Source: Caulobacteraceae bacterium (GTDB lineage Bacteria > Pseudomonadota > Alphaproteobacteria > Caulobacterales > Aquidulcibacteraceae). Taken from it: a stretch of 64,000 nt of DNA. Below the pieces are notes generated by a model that was given only the letters and a program-made list of their open reading frames with translations, had not been told where the DNA came from and did not search any database. Below are positions 9,104-19,040 of this stretch, one piece after another. The stretch spans positions 162-64,161 of the forward strand of contig JANNFK010000031.1 in the NCBI GenBank assembly GCA_031379735.1, given 5' to 3'. Numbering within the stretch: the first letter of the stretch is position 1; each line of letters starts with the position of its first letter. Both the position numbers and the translations under genes were made by a program.

Positions 9104-12100
9104 ATGGCTTGGAACATCTCAGCCGGCGCGATCCGCAACCCGATCCCGCCAATTCTCCTCATTCTCGCACTGCTCTTCGCCGGCTGGACCGCTTACGGGC
9201 GCCTGCCGATCAACCAGCTTCCGAACGTCGACTTCGGCGGCTTCACCGTTGTCGTCGCGCAAGCGGGCGCAGCGCCCGCGGAAATGGAAACGCAGATCAC
9301 GCAGCGCATCGAAGCGGCGCTGACTTCAGTCGAAGGCGTCAAGCGCGTGACCTCGACGATCTCGCCGGGCGTTTCGCAAACGACTGTGGAAATGGAGAGC
9401 GACGGCGACCTTTCGCGCGCCGTCGACGACGCACGCGATGCGATTCAACGCATCCGCTCGGATTTGCCCGCCGATATCACCGAACCTGTCGTCCAACGCA
9501 TCGACGCGGCAAGCCAGCCAATCGGCTACTACGCCTTCGAAGGCGAAGGCATGACGCCCCAGGATATTTCCTGGTTCATCGACAACGATCTGCAACGCGA
9601 ACTGCTCGCGGTGCCGGGCGTCAGCGCAGTGACACGCCTCGGCGGCGTCGATCGCGAAATCCGCGTGGAACTCGATCCATCGCGCATGATCGCCTACGGC
9701 GTCGCCGCCGATCAGGTGAACAACCAATTGCGCGCTATCAACGCCGATCTCCCCGGCGGCCAAGCACAAATTGGCGGCCAAGCGCAATCGATCCGCACGC
9801 TTGGCGGCGCGCAGTCCGTGCAAGAACTTGCAAATCTCCGGATCAACGCGAGCGATGGCCGCACGGTACGTCTCGGCGACCTCGGCACTGTTACCGATAG
9901 CGCCAGCGATCTGAATTCGATCTCGCGTTACAATGGTCAGCCGGTTGTCGGCTTCATGGTGCAGCGTTCGCGTGGCGCCTCTGAAGTGCAGGTGTTCGAC
10001 CGCATGGACGAACGCATCCGCCAAATCGAAGAAGCCAACCCGCACATCCGAATTACCGAGATCGCCTCGACGGTGGAATTCATCCGTGGCATGCACGAAA
10101 GCTCGATCGAGGCGCTGATCGAAGGTGCGTTACTGGCGTGCCTGGTCGTGTTCCTAATCTTGCGCGACTGGCGCGCCACGTTGATCGCCGCCGCCGCCAT
10201 TCCGCTTTCGATCTTCCCTACGTTTGCCGGGATCGAAATTCTTGGCTTCACCTTGAATATGGTGACCCTGATTGCGCTGGCGTTGGTCACAGGCGTTTTG
10301 GTTGACGACGCCATCGTCGAGATCGAAAACATAATTAGGCACATGCGGATGGGCAAAAGCGCCTATGCCGCCGCTCTAGAAGCCGCAGACGAAATCGGCC
10401 TCGCGGTCGTTGCGACCACAGGCTCGATCATCGCCGTGTTCTTACCCGTCAGCTTCATGGAAGGCGGGATGGGCGTCTTCTTCAAGGAGTTCGGGCTAAC
10501 CGTCGCGCTTGCGGCATTCTTCTCGCTCGTCGTCGCGCGTCTGATCACGCCGATGATGGCTGCGTTCTTCCTGAAGAACGAAGGCCACGAAGCCGAAGCC
10601 AAGCCCGGCGTCTTCACTGACACGTATCATGACGCCCTAAGCTGGTCGATACGCCACCCGTGGAAGACCGTCGGCTTAGGCCTAGCGGTCTTCCTCGTTC
10701 CGCTTGGTCTTCTCATCTCCGGCGCCATTCCCGCAGTCGTCATTCCGCGCTTCGACAACGGCATGATTCAAGCACGCGTTGAGATTCCGCCTGGAACGCC
10801 CGTCATTGACGCCGACCACGTGCTGCAACGCATGAGCGCACGCATTCGCGAGAATCCTGAAGTCATCGGCGTGTTTGTGTCGATGAACGGCGCCGACGGC
10901 GCAGCGCCTGACGCCAACCTTTTCATCCAGCTCACGCAACGCGACGAACGCAATCGCTCGGCCTACGCGATCCAACAGGAGATGCGGCCGATCTTGTCCG
11001 AATTCCCGGACTATCGCGCCGCCTTCGTCCAGGACCAAGGTGGCTCGTCTGGCTCGGACATCACAGTGCAGTTCGTCGGCCAAGACCCGGCCGCGGTGAA
11101 CGCCGCCGCTGACCGCCTCGCCGCAGCGATGGGCCGCCTCGATAGCCTTGCTGACGTGCGCTCGACTTCAGCGCTGCGCCGCCCAGAAATTCAGGTGCGT
11201 CCGCGCCAGGAAGATATGGCGCGCCTCGGCGTGACCTCGGCAGCGCTTGCCTCGGCAATCCGCATCGCGACGAGCGGCGATGCCGAACAGAATTTGCCGA
11301 AGTATGATCTCGCCGATCGACAGATTCCGATCCGGGTCACGTTGCGGCCGGATCAACGCACCGATCTCGACGCGCTGCATTCGCTGCCTGTGCAATCATC
11401 GCTCGGCGCGCCTGTGCGCATCGACGCGGTTGCGGATATTCAGTTCTCGCTCGGCGAAGCCACCATCGAACGGCGCGATCGCGAGCGCGCGGTGACCGTC
11501 GGCGCCAACGTGCGGCCCGGCACTCAGCTTTCGACGGCACAGAATGAAGTGTCCGCACTGCCGGAGGCGCAGGGTGGCCAGGGCGCGCGCCTGGTTGCGG
11601 GTGGGCAAACGGAAGACTTCGCCGAAATGACCGCGAGCTTCGGCAGCGCCATGCTGTGGGGCATCATCCTCATCTACATCGTGCTGGTGTTGCTGTTCCG
11701 CGACTTCTTCCAACCGGTCACGATCATGACAGCGTTGCCGCTGTCGCTCGGCGGCGCGTTCCTCGGTCTCATCATCGCCAACCAACCGCTCTCGCTTTTC
11801 GCATTCATCGGCCTCTTGATGCTGATGGGCCTCGTCACCAAGAACTCGATCTTGCTCGTCGACTTCGCCGTTGAACGCATGCACGCGGGCATGAGCCGCA
11901 ATGCGGCGCTCATGGAAGCGGGTATGCAACGCGCACGCCCGATCATCATGACGACGTTCGCGATGTCTGGAGGCATGATCCCGGCGGCGGCCGGCTGGGG
12001 TGTTGATGGCAGCTTGCGCCAGGGCATGGGCGCTGCGGTTATCGGCGGCTTGATGCTTTCGACGCTGCTCTCGCTGGTGTTCGTGCCGGCGATGTTCGTG

Positions 12101-12193
12101 CTGATCGATCGGCTCGAGCGCTGGGTGCAAGGATTCTTGCCGAAGCCGACTGCACACACGGACGAAGAAACGGCGCGCACGCCGGCCGAATAA
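9104..12193 (+). CDS. RND (AcrB/HAE-type) efflux transporter permease
   Basis: 1029 aa with 12-TM architecture and two large periplasmic loops. The N-terminus IRNPIPPILLILALLFAGW and the VDDAIVEIENI motif are typical. Confidence 0.9.
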   Translation: MAWNISAGAIRNPIPPILLILALLFAGWTAYGRLPINQLPNVDFGGFTVVVAQAGAAPAEMETQITQRIEAALTSVEGVKRVTSTISPGVSQTTVEMESDGDLSRAVDDARDAIQRIRSDLPADITEPVVQRIDAASQPIGYYAFEGEGMTPQDISWFIDNDLQRELLAVPGVSAVTRLGGVDREIRVELDPSRMIAYGVAADQVNNQLRAINADLPGGQAQIGGQAQSIRTLGGAQSVQELANLRINASDGRTVRLGDLGTVTDSASDLNSISRYNGQPVVGFMVQRSRGASEVQVFDRMDERIRQIEEANPHIRITEIASTVEFIRGMHESSIEALIEGALLACLVVFLILRDWRATLIAAAAIPLSIFPTFAGIEILGFTLNMVTLIALALVTGVLVDDAIVEIENIIRHMRMGKSAYAAALEAADEIGLAVVATTGSIIAVFLPVSFMEGGMGVFFKEFGLTVALAAFFSLVVARLITPMMAAFFLKNEGHEAEAKPGVFTDTYHDALSWSIRHPWKTVGLGLAVFLVPLGLLISGAIPAVVIPRFDNGMIQARVEIPPGTPVIDADHVLQRMSARIRENPEVIGVFVSMNGADGAAPDANLFIQLTQRDERNRSAYAIQQEMRPILSEFPDYRAAFVQDQGGSSGSDITVQFVGQDPAAVNAAADRLAAAMGRLDSLADVRSTSALRRPEIQVRPRQEDMARLGVTSAALASAIRIATSGDAEQNLPKYDLADRQIPIRVTLRPDQRTDLDALHSLPVQSSLGAPVRIDAVADIQFSLGEATIERRDRERAVTVGANVRPGTQLSTAQNEVSALPEAQGGQGARLVAGGQTEDFAEMTASFGSAMLWGIILIYIVLVLLFRDFFQPVTIMTALPLSLGGAFLGLIIANQPLSLFAFIGLLMLMGLVTKNSILLVDFAVERMHAGMSRNAALMEAGMQRARPIIMTTFAMSGGMIPAAAGWGVDGSLRQGMGAAVIGGLMLSTLLSLVFVPAMFVLIDRLERWVQGFLPKPTAHTDEETARTPAE

Positions 12194-13330
12194 TCAGCGG
12201 GAGCGGCCGCGGGCGCTAACCGGCCAAATCTCAACCAGCATGCCATCGCGGACGACGTGATACGCGTCGTAGAGGTTCACGGTCGGGTCGCAGTGCGGCA
12301 CGGCCAGACTCACGTGATCGCCTATGCGAAAGGCGTGGTCGGGTGCGATGAGCGCCCCGTGCTCGTCACCCATAAACACGAACATCGCGCCCTGCGGCGC
12401 GCCATCCATCACTACAGGCAACCCGCCATCGGTTGAGAGCGCTTTGAAGCCTGCGTCGATGGTCGCCATCGATGCTGAATTGGCGGAGATGACATGCGCA
12501 TCAACGAACAAGGATGTCTCGAACGGCGTCCGCCCCTGCCCGTCGAGGTCGCAATCGTTGTATTGCTTGTCCATGAACACGTAAGAGCCTGCTTGCAGCT
12601 CTGTAAGCACGCCGAGCTGAGCGTCTATGAAATGCGTGCCGGTGCCGCCCCCGGTGACGACTTCCGGTGCGAGACCGGCGCCCTTCAGCGCTTCCACGAT
12701 GCCGCGAAGATATTCCGTGCGCTCCGCAATGGCGGCGCGCCGGTCGGCGTACGATTCAATATGTTGCTGGGCGCCACAGTAGAATTGCACGCCCGCATAA
12801 CGCAGAGACGCGGCAGCTTTGATACGTTGCGTCAGCGCGAGCGCCGACTCCGGCGATGGCACGCCAGTACGGCGAATACCGGGGTCGATATCGACAACGA
12901 CATCAAGCGGCTTGCCCGCGCCCGCCGCAGCGGTGGCCAGTGCGTCGACATTGTCAGGATTGTCCACCACCACACGAAGCGCCGCGATCTTGCCGTTTAG
13001 CGCCACCAGGCGGTCAATCGCCTGCGGCGTCACAACTGGCGATGTGATAAGTAGGTCTTGAACGCCGCCAGCGAAGAGAGCCTCGGCCTCACCCATCTTG
13101 GCGCAGCACAAGCCTACCGCCCCTGCCGCGATTTGCAGCCTAGCGATCTCGACGCTCTTGTGCGTCTTAGCGTGCGGCCGCAGCGCAATGCCTTTGCCCC
13201 GCGCGAACGTGGCCATCGCCTCGATATTACGTTGCAGGATGTCGCGATCGATCACCAGCACTGGTGTATTTAGCGACAGCCGCGAGCCTTGCCGGCCGAT
13301 CAGATGTTTGTGCAGATCAATATCGCTCAT
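12194..13330 (-). CDS. DSD1-family PLP enzyme (alanine-racemase-fold D-serine dehydratase / D-threonine aldolase like)
   Basis: 378 aa. It has the N-terminal alanine racemase-like barrel with the PLP lysine context RPHAKTHKS. It is coupled by a 4-nt overlap to the upstream FAD oxidase gene. Confidence 0.6.
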   Translation of the reverse strand: MSDIDLHKHLIGRQGSRLSLNTPVLVIDRDILQRNIEAMATFARGKGIALRPHAKTHKSVEIARLQIAAGAVGLCCAKMGEAEALFAGGVQDLLITSPVVTPQAIDRLVALNGKIAALRVVVDNPDNVDALATAAAGAGKPLDVVVDIDPGIRRTGVPSPESALALTQRIKAAASLRYAGVQFYCGAQQHIESYADRRAAIAERTEYLRGIVEALKGAGLAPEVVTGGGTGTHFIDAQLGVLTELQAGSYVFMDKQYNDCDLDGQGRTPFETSLFVDAHVISANSASMATIDAGFKALSTDGGLPVVMDGAPQGAMFVFMGDEHGALIAPDHAFRIGDHVSLAVPHCDPTVNLYDAYHVVRDGMLVEIWPVSARGRSR

Positions 13331-14601
13331 GCTGATTTTTCCTCGATGGCGAATGTTTGCATGAGATGCGCGTTTGCGAATTTTGCGCTGGGGTCAATCG
13401 CGTCGCGCACAGCCTTGAACTTTGCTGCATCGGAGTAAAGCGCATCGACGTCGCGCTCAGTCAATGTATGGCGCTTGGCCCAATGCGGGCGGCCGCCATG
13501 CGCGCGGAAGATCGGCTCGGCCAGCGCGAACAGATCACACCATGGCATCTTTGCGTACTGGTGCATCGAGATTGAGGCGCCCGGCGTTGTGTTGAACGGC
13601 GAAAGCCAAATGTCGTCCGCAGCGGTGAGCCGGAATTCAAACGGAAAAGTTACAGGCAATTTGCGCTTTTGAATCCAAGCGATCGCTTCCTTGAGCGCGG
13701 CCCACCCATTGGCGCGCGGCAGTTCGTATTCCATCTCCTCGAAACGAACCGTGCGCTCCGACGGAAATATCTGGTACGCCGGACCCACGCGCCGTTGGCG
13801 CACGCCCGCACCGACGATCACCGGCTGCAAGCGGCGCGTCAGCCACGGCGCCACGGCGCAAATATCGCAAACGATACGGAAGGCGCGATCGTCGATATCG
13901 TTCATGTGTTTCAGCGGCCCTTCGGCCGGCGCCGGGTTCAGCGTCTTCAGCACGACGTATTTTCCATATGGAAACACAAAGAACTCGACATGCCGGTTCT
14001 TCGCCGCAAGTTCACCCCAGCGGGCCTCCACCTCTTCCAATGGATAGGTCTCGACCCGTTCTTCCAAGTGATAGGCCGGGAGCACGTCGATCTGGATCTG
14101 CGTCGCGACGCCCACTAGACCGAGCGCCAACCGCGCCGCCTGGAAGAGGTCAGCGCGCTCGCCTTCACTGCAGGTGACGACTGCGCCATCGGGCATCATC
14201 AGTCGAAAGCCGCGAGCCGCGGTGGACATTGAGCCAAGCTCAGCGCCGGTGCCATGCGTGCCGGTGCTGATCGCGCCGGCCAGCGATTGCGGGTTCACGT
14301 CGCCCTGATTGATGAGCGAGACACCCTCTCCCCACAGCGCCGCCGTGAGCTTCGCCAGACTCCAGCCCGCCGGCGCCCATGCGCGTGATTTATCAGAGTT
14401 GAATGTGAGGCCGCCTTCGAGATCGGCGAGCGAAAGGAGCGTGCCGTCCGTCTCGCAGAGCGGCATAAATGAATGACCGGCGCCGACAACACGCACCTTG
14501 CGCGCCTGAGCGACCAGCGCCGCCAATTCAGTTTCCGTCTTCGGGCGCGCAATTTGCTGCGGCGTGCTAACGACGCTGCCGGACCAGTTTTTCCACTGCA
14601 T
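13327..14601 (-). CDS. FAD-linked oxidase of the D-arabinono-1,4-lactone / L-gulonolactone oxidase family
   Basis: N-terminus MQWKNWSGSVVSTPQQIARPKTETELAALV..VRVVGAGHSF (FAD_binding_4 pattern) and an ALO-type C-terminal domain. Confidence 0.7.
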   Translation of the reverse strand: MQWKNWSGSVVSTPQQIARPKTETELAALVAQARKVRVVGAGHSFMPLCETDGTLLSLADLEGGLTFNSDKSRAWAPAGWSLAKLTAALWGEGVSLINQGDVNPQSLAGAISTGTHGTGAELGSMSTAARGFRLMMPDGAVVTCSEGERADLFQAARLALGLVGVATQIQIDVLPAYHLEERVETYPLEEVEARWGELAAKNRHVEFFVFPYGKYVVLKTLNPAPAEGPLKHMNDIDDRAFRIVCDICAVAPWLTRRLQPVIVGAGVRQRRVGPAYQIFPSERTVRFEEMEYELPRANGWAALKEAIAWIQKRKLPVTFPFEFRLTAADDIWLSPFNTTPGASISMHQYAKMPWCDLFALAEPIFRAHGGRPHWAKRHTLTERDVDALYSDAAKFKAVRDAIDPSAKFANAHLMQTFAIEEKSA

Positions 14602-14657
14602 GAGCGCATCATCCCTGCGCGCACTTGGGCTCAGGGATGATGACGCGTCAACTAGGC

Positions 14658-15035
14658 TTAGATGCCTTCAAGGCGAGACGACACGATGCCGGCGATGATC
14701 ACAGCCGCGTAGCATGCGAACATCAGCGCCGAGAATTCCGGCTGCAGCGAAGCATCCAAGTTCGGGAAGACGACGTGGAAGCTATTGATCTCATAGATGC
14801 CAACGAGCAGGCCGGGCACCGCCATGATCGAGGCTGCTTCGGCGCGATCCGTCGGCGTCACGTTCAGAATCCTAAGCACTAGATAGGTAAGCACGAGCAA
14901 GCCAACTGGCAATGTCATGAACAGCCACGACACGCCGCCTGGGCCTGTTTGGAATCCAAGCTCACCGACAAAGCGGAACGCCACGGCAATCGCGATCCAG
15001 ATCACGAAACCAACCGCCATCCAACGTACGATCAT
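14658..15035 (-). CDS. Small integral membrane protein (4 predicted TM helices), function unknown
   Basis: 125 aa that is almost entirely hydrophobic helices, with no competing ORF. The family assignment is not certain. Confidence 0.6.
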   Translation of the reverse strand: MIVRWMAVGFVIWIAIAVAFRFVGELGFQTGPGGVSWLFMTLPVGLLVLTYLVLRILNVTPTDRAEAASIMAVPGLLVGIYEINSFHVVFPNLDASLQPEFSALMFACYAAVIIAGIVSSRLEGI

Positions 15036-15162
15036 GACATAACTCCCCTGCCCTCCGACTCGGATGGGCGCCGGGGGCGGAGCTTACGGTTTCCGTAACA
15101 AGCCGCAATCCGTGTTCGCGCGGCAGGGGCGCAGGCCGGGCAAGTGTCCCGCGCCGCAGCGC

Positions 15163-15222
15163 AGAAAAAAGCCGCCCGGCCGCGGGCTGGGACGACTTCG
15201 GGGTCCCGGTCGAGCGACCGGG
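15163..15222 (-). terminator. Intrinsic terminator region downstream of hisC (two hairpins, the second followed by a U6 run)
   Basis: On the minus strand, hairpin 1 is CCCGGUC-GCUC-GACCGGG (15205-15222). Hairpin 2 is GCCCG-CGGC-CGGGC (15174-15187), followed by GGC UUUUUU (A-run 15165-15170 on the plus strand). Confidence 0.6.
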
Positions 15223-15266
15223 CCGGACCACGCCTACCCCTGACGGACGCAGACGCATTCCCTTAT

Positions 15267-16358
15267 TCACGTGGGGCTCAAACCCACCGACGCCCGGAGC
15301 CCGGTCAGGAGCGCCGGCCAATCTTGATCTGCGCACACACTGATCCGGAGACAATCCGGCATGCCATATGGCGCGAGATCACGCACCAGAATGCCGCGCT
15401 CAGCCAACGCGGCGCACGTCGCCGCTGCGGTTCGGGGCGCATCCGACGGGAAACGCGCCGTCACAAAATTGGCGGCCGGCGGAATTGCCGTTAGCCCCAG
15501 ACTTGTGACCAATAGGGTCAGTCGATCACGCCCTTGAACCGCGTGGGCCACGGATGCGGCGACAAAGGCGTCATCGCCCAGCGCCGCCAGCGCGGCTGCT
15601 TGCGCAGGTCCGGAGACATTAAAGGGCAGGCGAATTCGATTGAGCGCGTCCACGACTGCAGCGGCGGCATAGCCCCATCCGATGCGCAGCGATGCCAAAC
15701 CGTGCAGCTTAGAGAAGGTGCGCGTGATGAGTACGTTGTCTGCGGCAGCGAAGTCAGCGAAATCCGTGTCACCATCAGCGAACTCGGCATAGGCGCCGTC
15801 CAGCACGAGTAAGACGTCCGGTCGAAGATTGGCGTGAAGGCGCCGAATCTCACTTTGAGCAATGCGCGTACCGGTCGGGTTGGCGGGATTAGCGACGAAC
15901 ATCACCCGCGTGCGATCATCGACGGCGGCAAGCATCGCATCCACATCGACGTGAAAATCGCGTTCTGGCGCCGAGCTTACACTGGCGCCGCAAGCGCGCG
16001 CCGCGATCGCCCAAGCCGCGAAGGCATATTGCGGCTGCACCATCACGTCACCCGCTTGCAGATAGGTCTGACAAGCAATGGCGAAGATCTCATCCGACCC
16101 CGTGCCAAAAATGATGCGCGCCGGATCGAGTCGGTGTTTTGCCGCAATCGCCTCGCGCAACTGATTGGCGCGTGGATCGGGATAGAGATGAAGCGCGGTC
16201 TGAGCCTTCGCAAACGCCGCACGCGCTGCGGGACTCGCGCCAAGCGGGTTTTCGTTCGCCGACACCTTTAGCGGCCGCGCAAAACCCGGGGCGGTCGCCC
16301 TGCCCGGCCGATAGGGCTCGATCTCAAGGATCGACTGCTTAGGAGACGGCGCTGACAT
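15267..16358 (-). CDS. hisC: Histidinol-phosphate aminotransferase
   Basis: 363 aa. Class II aminotransferase pattern (KVSANENPLG, FSKLHGLASLRIGWG). It is the last gene of the his operon. Confidence 0.9.
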   Translation of the reverse strand: MSAPSPKQSILEIEPYRPGRATAPGFARPLKVSANENPLGASPAARAAFAKAQTALHLYPDPRANQLREAIAAKHRLDPARIIFGTGSDEIFAIACQTYLQAGDVMVQPQYAFAAWAIAARACGASVSSAPERDFHVDVDAMLAAVDDRTRVMFVANPANPTGTRIAQSEIRRLHANLRPDVLLVLDGAYAEFADGDTDFADFAAADNVLITRTFSKLHGLASLRIGWGYAAAAVVDALNRIRLPFNVSGPAQAAALAALGDDAFVAASVAHAVQGRDRLTLLVTSLGLTAIPPAANFVTARFPSDAPRTAAATCAALAERGILVRDLAPYGMPDCLRISVCADQDWPALLTGLRASVGLSPT

Positions 16359-16974
16359 GCTCGCCCTCTGCGCGTTGCGCCAAAACCGCGAGAACGTCGG
16401 AATAGCTCAAGCCTCTCACGTGCAGCAGGACGGCGAGATGATAAAGGAGGTCCGCCGCTTCCTGGCTAAGTTCGTTGGCGTCTCCCGCGGCGCCGGCGAG
16501 CGCACATTCAACGCCCTCCTCGCCAACCTTCTGCGCGATGCGCTTTGGCCCCGCCGCCAGTAATTTCGCAGTCCAGCTTTCAGTGGGCGACGCCGTCGCA
16601 CGCACCTTGATGGTTCGCTCCAGCGTCGCGAGCGGCCCGACGCCCTGGGGCGCGGCGCCGCCGAAACAAGTTGTCGTTCCGAGATGGCAAGCCGGGCCTT
16701 GCGGCACGACAGAAACAAGCAATGTGTCTCCGTCGCAATCGAGACACACATTCGTTACGCGCAGGCGATTTCCCGATGTCTCGCCTTTACGCCATCGCCC
16801 GCCGCGAGAGCGCGAAAAGAATGTAGCCTCGCCGCTCTCGAGCGTTTCGTTCAAAGCAGCGCGATCCATGTAAGCAAGCATCAGAACTTGCAGCGTCGCA
16901 ACATCCTGCACAATGGCTGGAACGAGACCGCCACTCTTGTCGAATTCGATGCGCGCGATTTCTTCTGGATTCAC
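16339..16974 (-). CDS. hisI: Bifunctional phosphoribosyl-AMP cyclohydrolase / phosphoribosyl-ATP pyrophosphatase
   Basis: 211 aa. It combines a HisI part (GLVPAIVQD...CDGDTLL..V...GPACHLG) with a HisE part (LYHLAVLL). Confidence 0.9.
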   Translation of the reverse strand: MNPEEIARIEFDKSGGLVPAIVQDVATLQVLMLAYMDRAALNETLESGEATFFSRSRGGRWRKGETSGNRLRVTNVCLDCDGDTLLVSVVPQGPACHLGTTTCFGGAAPQGVGPLATLERTIKVRATASPTESWTAKLLAAGPKRIAQKVGEEGVECALAGAAGDANELSQEAADLLYHLAVLLHVRGLSYSDVLAVLAQRAEGEHVSAVS

Positions 16975-17738
16975 GGACGCACCTCAAATCCTGCATCTGC
17001 GACTGCAGCTTTCACCGCGCCGATCGTCGAGGTTCGAAAGTGAAAGATGCTCGCCGCCAGGGCGCCGGACACGTCGGCGCCAGCGAATACGTCCACGAAG
17101 TGGCGGGCGTTTCCAGCGCCGCCGGAGGCGACCAAAGGGATGGAAAGTTTGGCGCGCGCGGTTGCGAGCTGCTCGATGTCGTAACCGTCGCGGACGCCGT
17201 CGCGGTCCATGCAGTTCAGCACAATCTCACCAGCGCCGCGCCTCTGTGCTTCTTCGATCCAGTCCATGGTTTTGCGCGCGGTCTTGCGAATGGAAGCGGC
17301 GTCGCCGGTATATTGATACGTCACCCACGTCCCATCCTCGGCACGGCTATCAACACCAACCACCACACACTGGGAGCCGGCGATCTCGGCGAAGTCGTTG
17401 ATGAAGTCCGGCCGCTCAAGTGCGGGCGAGTTGATGGAGACCTTGTCGGCGCCGTGCTCCAGGCACGCCACGGCTTGTTCGATGGTGCGAATACCGCCCG
17501 CCACGCAAAGCGGCACGTCAAGCGCGCGGGCGACCCTCGCCAACCAGGCATAATCAATCGTGCGGTTCTGTGCGGATGCGGCAATGTCGTAGATGACGAT
17601 CTCATCGGCGCCCTCATCGCGATAGCGAAGCGCGAGATCAATTGGATCGCCAGCGTCGGTGTGCCCTTCAAAGCGCACACCCTTGACGACGCGCCCGTCC
17701 TTCACATCGAGGCACGCGATGATGCGCTTAGAGGGCAA
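16971..17738 (-). CDS. hisF: Imidazole glycerol phosphate synthase, cyclase subunit
   Basis: The conserved start of the family (PSKRIIACLDVKDGRVVKG) begins at a TTG at 17738. The 62-codon upstream extension in the ORF track overlaps hisA and looks non-coding. Confidence 0.85.
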   Translation of the reverse strand: MPSKRIIACLDVKDGRVVKGVRFEGHTDAGDPIDLALRYRDEGADEIVIYDIAASAQNRTIDYAWLARVARALDVPLCVAGGIRTIEQAVACLEHGADKVSINSPALERPDFINDFAEIAGSQCVVVGVDSRAEDGTWVTYQYTGDAASIRKTARKTMDWIEEAQRRGAGEIVLNCMDRDGVRDGYDIEQLATARAKLSIPLVASGGAGNARHFVDVFAGADVSGALAASIFHFRTSTIGAVKAAVADAGFEVRP

Positions 17739-18450
17739 GAGCGTCCCCCAAGTTGAGTCTTTTTTCGTAGATTGCCCTGCCGACAATCGCTGCGGCCGCG
17801 CCTGTGTCCTTGAGCGCTTCAAGGTCCTCCAGCGAAGACACGCCGCCGGAGGCCTGCACGCTAAGATCAGTTCGTAATGTAACCAGTTGGCGGATAAGCG
17901 CCAAATTCGGACCACTGAGGACACCGTCGCGCGACACGTCCGTTACCAGCGCGTGCTTCAACGCACCTGGCGCAAAGAGATCAAGCGCCTGACTTAGGCT
18001 CGCGCCACTCCTTTCCGTCCAACCTTTGACCATGACATTGAACCCGTCGCCAGCCGGCAAGACGTCGAAGGCGCAACAAATGCGTTCAAGCCCAAACGAC
18101 GAAATCCACTCGCGCACCTCGCCCGGACGCTTCACCGCCGCCGAACCAATCACCACGCGCGAGACGCCTGCATCCAACAGCGATTGGACGTGCGCCCACT
18201 GACGTACACCACCGCCACACTGGATCTTTACGCGCGTATTTTGTGCGATCCGCCGCAGCGCCGCGTGCTGTACCGGCCGGCCTTCGCGGGCGCCATCGAG
18301 GTCGACGACATGCACCCACTTCGCACCCATCGATTCAAACACCGCAAACTGTTCGAGCGGATCGCCATAGGTGGTGACGTCATCGAACTTGCCGCGCGCC
18401 AGACGCACACAGGCGCCGTCCAACATGTCGATTGCGGGATAGATCAGCAT
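17728..18450 (-). CDS. hisA: ProFAR isomerase (1-(5-phosphoribosyl)-5-[(5-phosphoribosylamino)methylideneamino]imidazole-4-carboxamide isomerase)
   Basis: 240 aa. The N-terminus is [17 protein letters not shown], and the GGGVR and GRAIYE motifs are present. Confidence 0.9.
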   Translation of the reverse strand: MLIYPAIDMLDGACVRLARGKFDDVTTYGDPLEQFAVFESMGAKWVHVVDLDGAREGRPVQHAALRRIAQNTRVKIQCGGGVRQWAHVQSLLDAGVSRVVIGSAAVKRPGEVREWISSFGLERICCAFDVLPAGDGFNVMVKGWTERSGASLSQALDLFAPGALKHALVTDVSRDGVLSGPNLALIRQLVTLRTDLSVQASGGVSSLEDLEALKDTGAAAAIVGRAIYEKRLNLGDALAL

Positions 18451-19040
18451 GGGAGCGCCAAGAAGTTTTCGAGGATGCGCGCGCCAACGGCGCCGGAACG
18501 TTCCGGGTGAAACTGGCAGCCGAACGCAACACCTTGGCCAACGACAGCCGAAAAACGCTCGCCATAAGACGCGCTTGCAAGGGTCGGCGAGCCAAGGGGA
18601 CAGACATAGGAGTGGACGAAATAGGCATAAGCACCGTCTTCGACGCCATCGAGGAGAGCGTGAGCGCGCTCCACGTTCAGTTTACTCCAACCCATGTGCG
18701 GCGCCGGCGCTTGCGGCGATGCGCGAAGGGCCGTCACGCGGCCATCAAGCAAGCCCAATCCCTCTGCATCACCCTCGTCGCTGCCCTGGTAAAGCAGTTG
18801 CTGGCCGAGACAGATGCCCAGCAGCGGTCGCGGAAAGCGCGCTAACACATTGCGCAACCCCTTCTCGCGTAACAGGCGCATCGCGTGCGCCGCCGCACCG
18901 ACGCCCGGAAGAATGACCCGATCCGCTTCGCCAATAACTGCAGCATTGTCTGTCAGAATCGCGCGCGCTTTCAGGCGCTCAAGTGCGAACATCACTGACG
19001 CCGTGTTGCCGACTCCAAGCTTGACGACCGCGGTCGTCAT
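18444..19040 (-). CDS. hisH: Imidazole glycerol phosphate synthase, glutamine amidotransferase subunit
   Basis: 198 aa. Class I GATase with LGICLGQQ (catalytic Cys) and the FHPERS motif. Confidence 0.9.
   Translation of the reverse strand: MTTAVVKLGVGNTASVMFALERLKARAILTDNAAVIGEADRVILPGVGAAAHAMRLLREKGLRNVLARFPRPLLGICLGQQLLYQGSDEGDAEGLGLLDGRVTALRASPQAPAPHMGWSKLNVERAHALLDGVEDGAYAYFVHSYVCPLGSPTLASASYGERFSAVVGQGVAFGCQFHPERSGAVGARILENFLALPC

Noticed and set aside
17739-17924. Upstream extensions of several track ORFs: hisF to 17924, cysK to 23578, cysN to 27798, cysD to 28781, cysI to 31536, leuC from 41414, leuD from 42891, the sulfotransferase from 47832, and the MFP from 7706
   Set aside because: The extensions overlap the preceding gene and do not resemble the protein family. 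Internal starts give canonical N-termini and typical 1-20 nt operon overlaps.
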